Shown: piece after piece, positions 62,280-64,000 of the stretch | Layout: the number at the start of each line of letters is the position of its first letter | Numbering within the stretch: position 1 is the stretch's first letter | NCBI GenBank assembly: GCA_964016885.1 | Contig: OZ024748.1 | Location: forward strand, 20,584,001 to 20,648,000 | Length of the DNA stretch: 64,000 nt | Source: Eledone cirrhosa | Lineage: Eukaryota | Reading direction: 5' to 3' | Notes under the pieces: model-generated | What the model saw: the letters and a program-made list of their open reading frames with translations, nothing else | Database searches by the model: none | Told to the model about the DNA's origin: nothing | Program-made: the position numbers and the translations under genes

Positions 62280-63182
62280 CGAGGTGTGTCAAAAGTTCCA
62301 GGACTGATGTCTAAAGATTTATTTCAAACCCAAACTTCACACTAAGAGTTTTCTCCTTCAAAAGTAATCCCCCTGGGGTATGTAATTAATCTTAGCTCTC
62401 TGCAGCGATCAAACTTTTTCATAATTTTATATACATGTCCCCTGTTTCAGGTCGTCAAGCAATGAGCACAGCAACGGATAAATTTGAAATTTCTGGTACG
62501 GTTGGGGAAAACTCCATCAGAAGCACTGGCATTGCTGTAGCAAGTGTATGGAGATGAGATGATGTCACGCTCACGTGTTTTCGAGTGGTGCAAGCGATTT
62601 AAAGATGGATGCGAGGACGTGGAAGATGACCCCAGGAGCGGAAGGCCCTCAACAACCAGGACTGAGGTCAACGTTGAGCGCATCAGGCAGATGGTGTGTA
62701 GCGATCGTCGGCTGACTGTTCGACTGATGGCAAATGAGCTGGGCATGAATCGGGACAGCATCTGGAAGATTCTCACTGAAGATTTGGACACGCAGAAAGT
62801 CTGCGCGAAGACGGTGGCAAACTGCTGAACGATGATCAGAAGGGTCTACGCATACAAGTGTGCCAGGACATCCTCGAGCATCTTGAAACCGAACCAGACT
62901 TGCTAGGGACAGTCATCACCGGTGATGAGTCATGGATCTTCGAGTACGACCCGGAGGGGACCCGTTTTGAAGTTGTGGACGACATAAAAAAGGCTGTGAC
63001 GACGGAACTGCAGAGGATCCCGAAGTAATCCTTCCAGGAGTGCATGCAAGCATGGCAGAAAAGGATGGAAAAGTGCATTAGATTCCAGTGGGATTACTTT
63101 GAAGGAGAAAACTCTTAGTGTGAAGTTTGGGTTTGAAATAATTTTTTTGTGACATCAGTCCTGGAACCTTTCTGACACCTCG
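62280..63182 (+). mobile_element. Complete non-autonomous mariner (TA TSD, ~95-bp TIRs, internal deletion)
   Basis: TA-CGAGGTGTGTCAAAAGTTCCAGGACTGATGTC ... GACATCAGTCCTGGAACCTTTCTGACACCTCG-TA; HTH region [20 protein letters not shown]. Confidence 0.93.
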
Positions 63183-63244
63183 TATAACATGTATTGAGCA
63201 AATAAAACCTCGCAGAGTCAATCCCTTATCCAGATCTGAATACA

Positions 63245-63400
63245 GCCAATTTAGAAAGGAAGGGAGAAAGTGATATGGAATATCAACCCCCAGTTCTAGA
63301 GCGATACTTTTTATTAATTAAATTGACCTCGAAAGGATGAAATGCAAAGTAGATCTTGGTAGGCTTTGATATCAGAGGATGGGATTGAATACCATTTAAT
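63245..63400 (-). mobile_element. SINE family A, degenerate
   Basis: ATTGACCTCGAAAGGATGAAATGCAAAGT. Confidence 0.6.
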
Positions 63401-64000
63401 ATTCTACAGTGAAGTGCTATTGACTAAATACAAATATATATTTCGACCCTTTGCCCAGTAGGAAGCTCATGTATCACTTCAGACAAATTATATTAGATTA
63501 CATCCACTCAGCCAGGTCTTAAGATAAAGATTCAGTGAAGTAGGCATTTTAGACAATATATTAAAAGGAACAAAGTCAAGGAAATTAATTCATCAAAATA
63601 AAAGTTTAAAACTTTAGAAACTAAAGTTAATTTTTGCTGTTTAGTCATGAAGTGAAGGGTAGTGGCCATGAATCTTCAGGGCTTCTGTTACTAGTAGGGA
63701 GGGAGAAAGACCCGATCTGAATGCTTACAACAGAATGATTCTAATAAAGGCATCTATGGACAAGGTGGTAGTTGAGAGCATTAAACTGAGAGTGTCTACC
63801 ACCTACAGACAAGGAGGTGGGGGAGCCGTTAAACTGATGGATTAAGTCTACCAGTTATGGACAAAATGGTGGTGTTGGCTATAAAATCGACAGATTAAGT
63901 CTACCACCCAAGTAGGCCACATCTGGATTTGAACTCAGAATGTAAAGAGTTGAAACAAATACCAAAAGGCATCTACACTGAATAGAATTTCTGATAATAT

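Overview
Eukaryotic, AT-rich, repeat-dominated genomic DNA. The SINE/LINE repertoire and huge (TA)n/(TACA)n tracts point to a cephalopod, most likely an octopus (inferred from repeat recognition, no database search). No host gene could be supported. The first ~27 kb is mostly microsatellite, with a 200-N gap. Embedded in it are a CR1-group LINE 3' end, three RTE LINE pieces (two with a C4HC3 PHD-type finger inside the RT), a 46-bp minisatellite related to the RTE 3'UTR, and a ~5.4-kb fold-back Penelope-like element: two divergent GIY-YIG ORFs, each arm ending in a type I hammerhead ribozyme motif with an enlarged, branched stem II. The rest holds a second RTE with TSD, a full-length decayed hAT (Buster-type) element, three internally deleted mariners, a DD37D/maT fragment, piggyBac-like MITEs, many tRNA-type SINEs, scrambled Gypsy fragments with tRNA-Trp PBS pieces, a second inverted hammerhead pair, and repeated divergent fold-back duplications. 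The long Y/I/M/C/H/T-rich ORFs are microsatellite artefacts. Coordinates were read by eye and may be off by a few bases.
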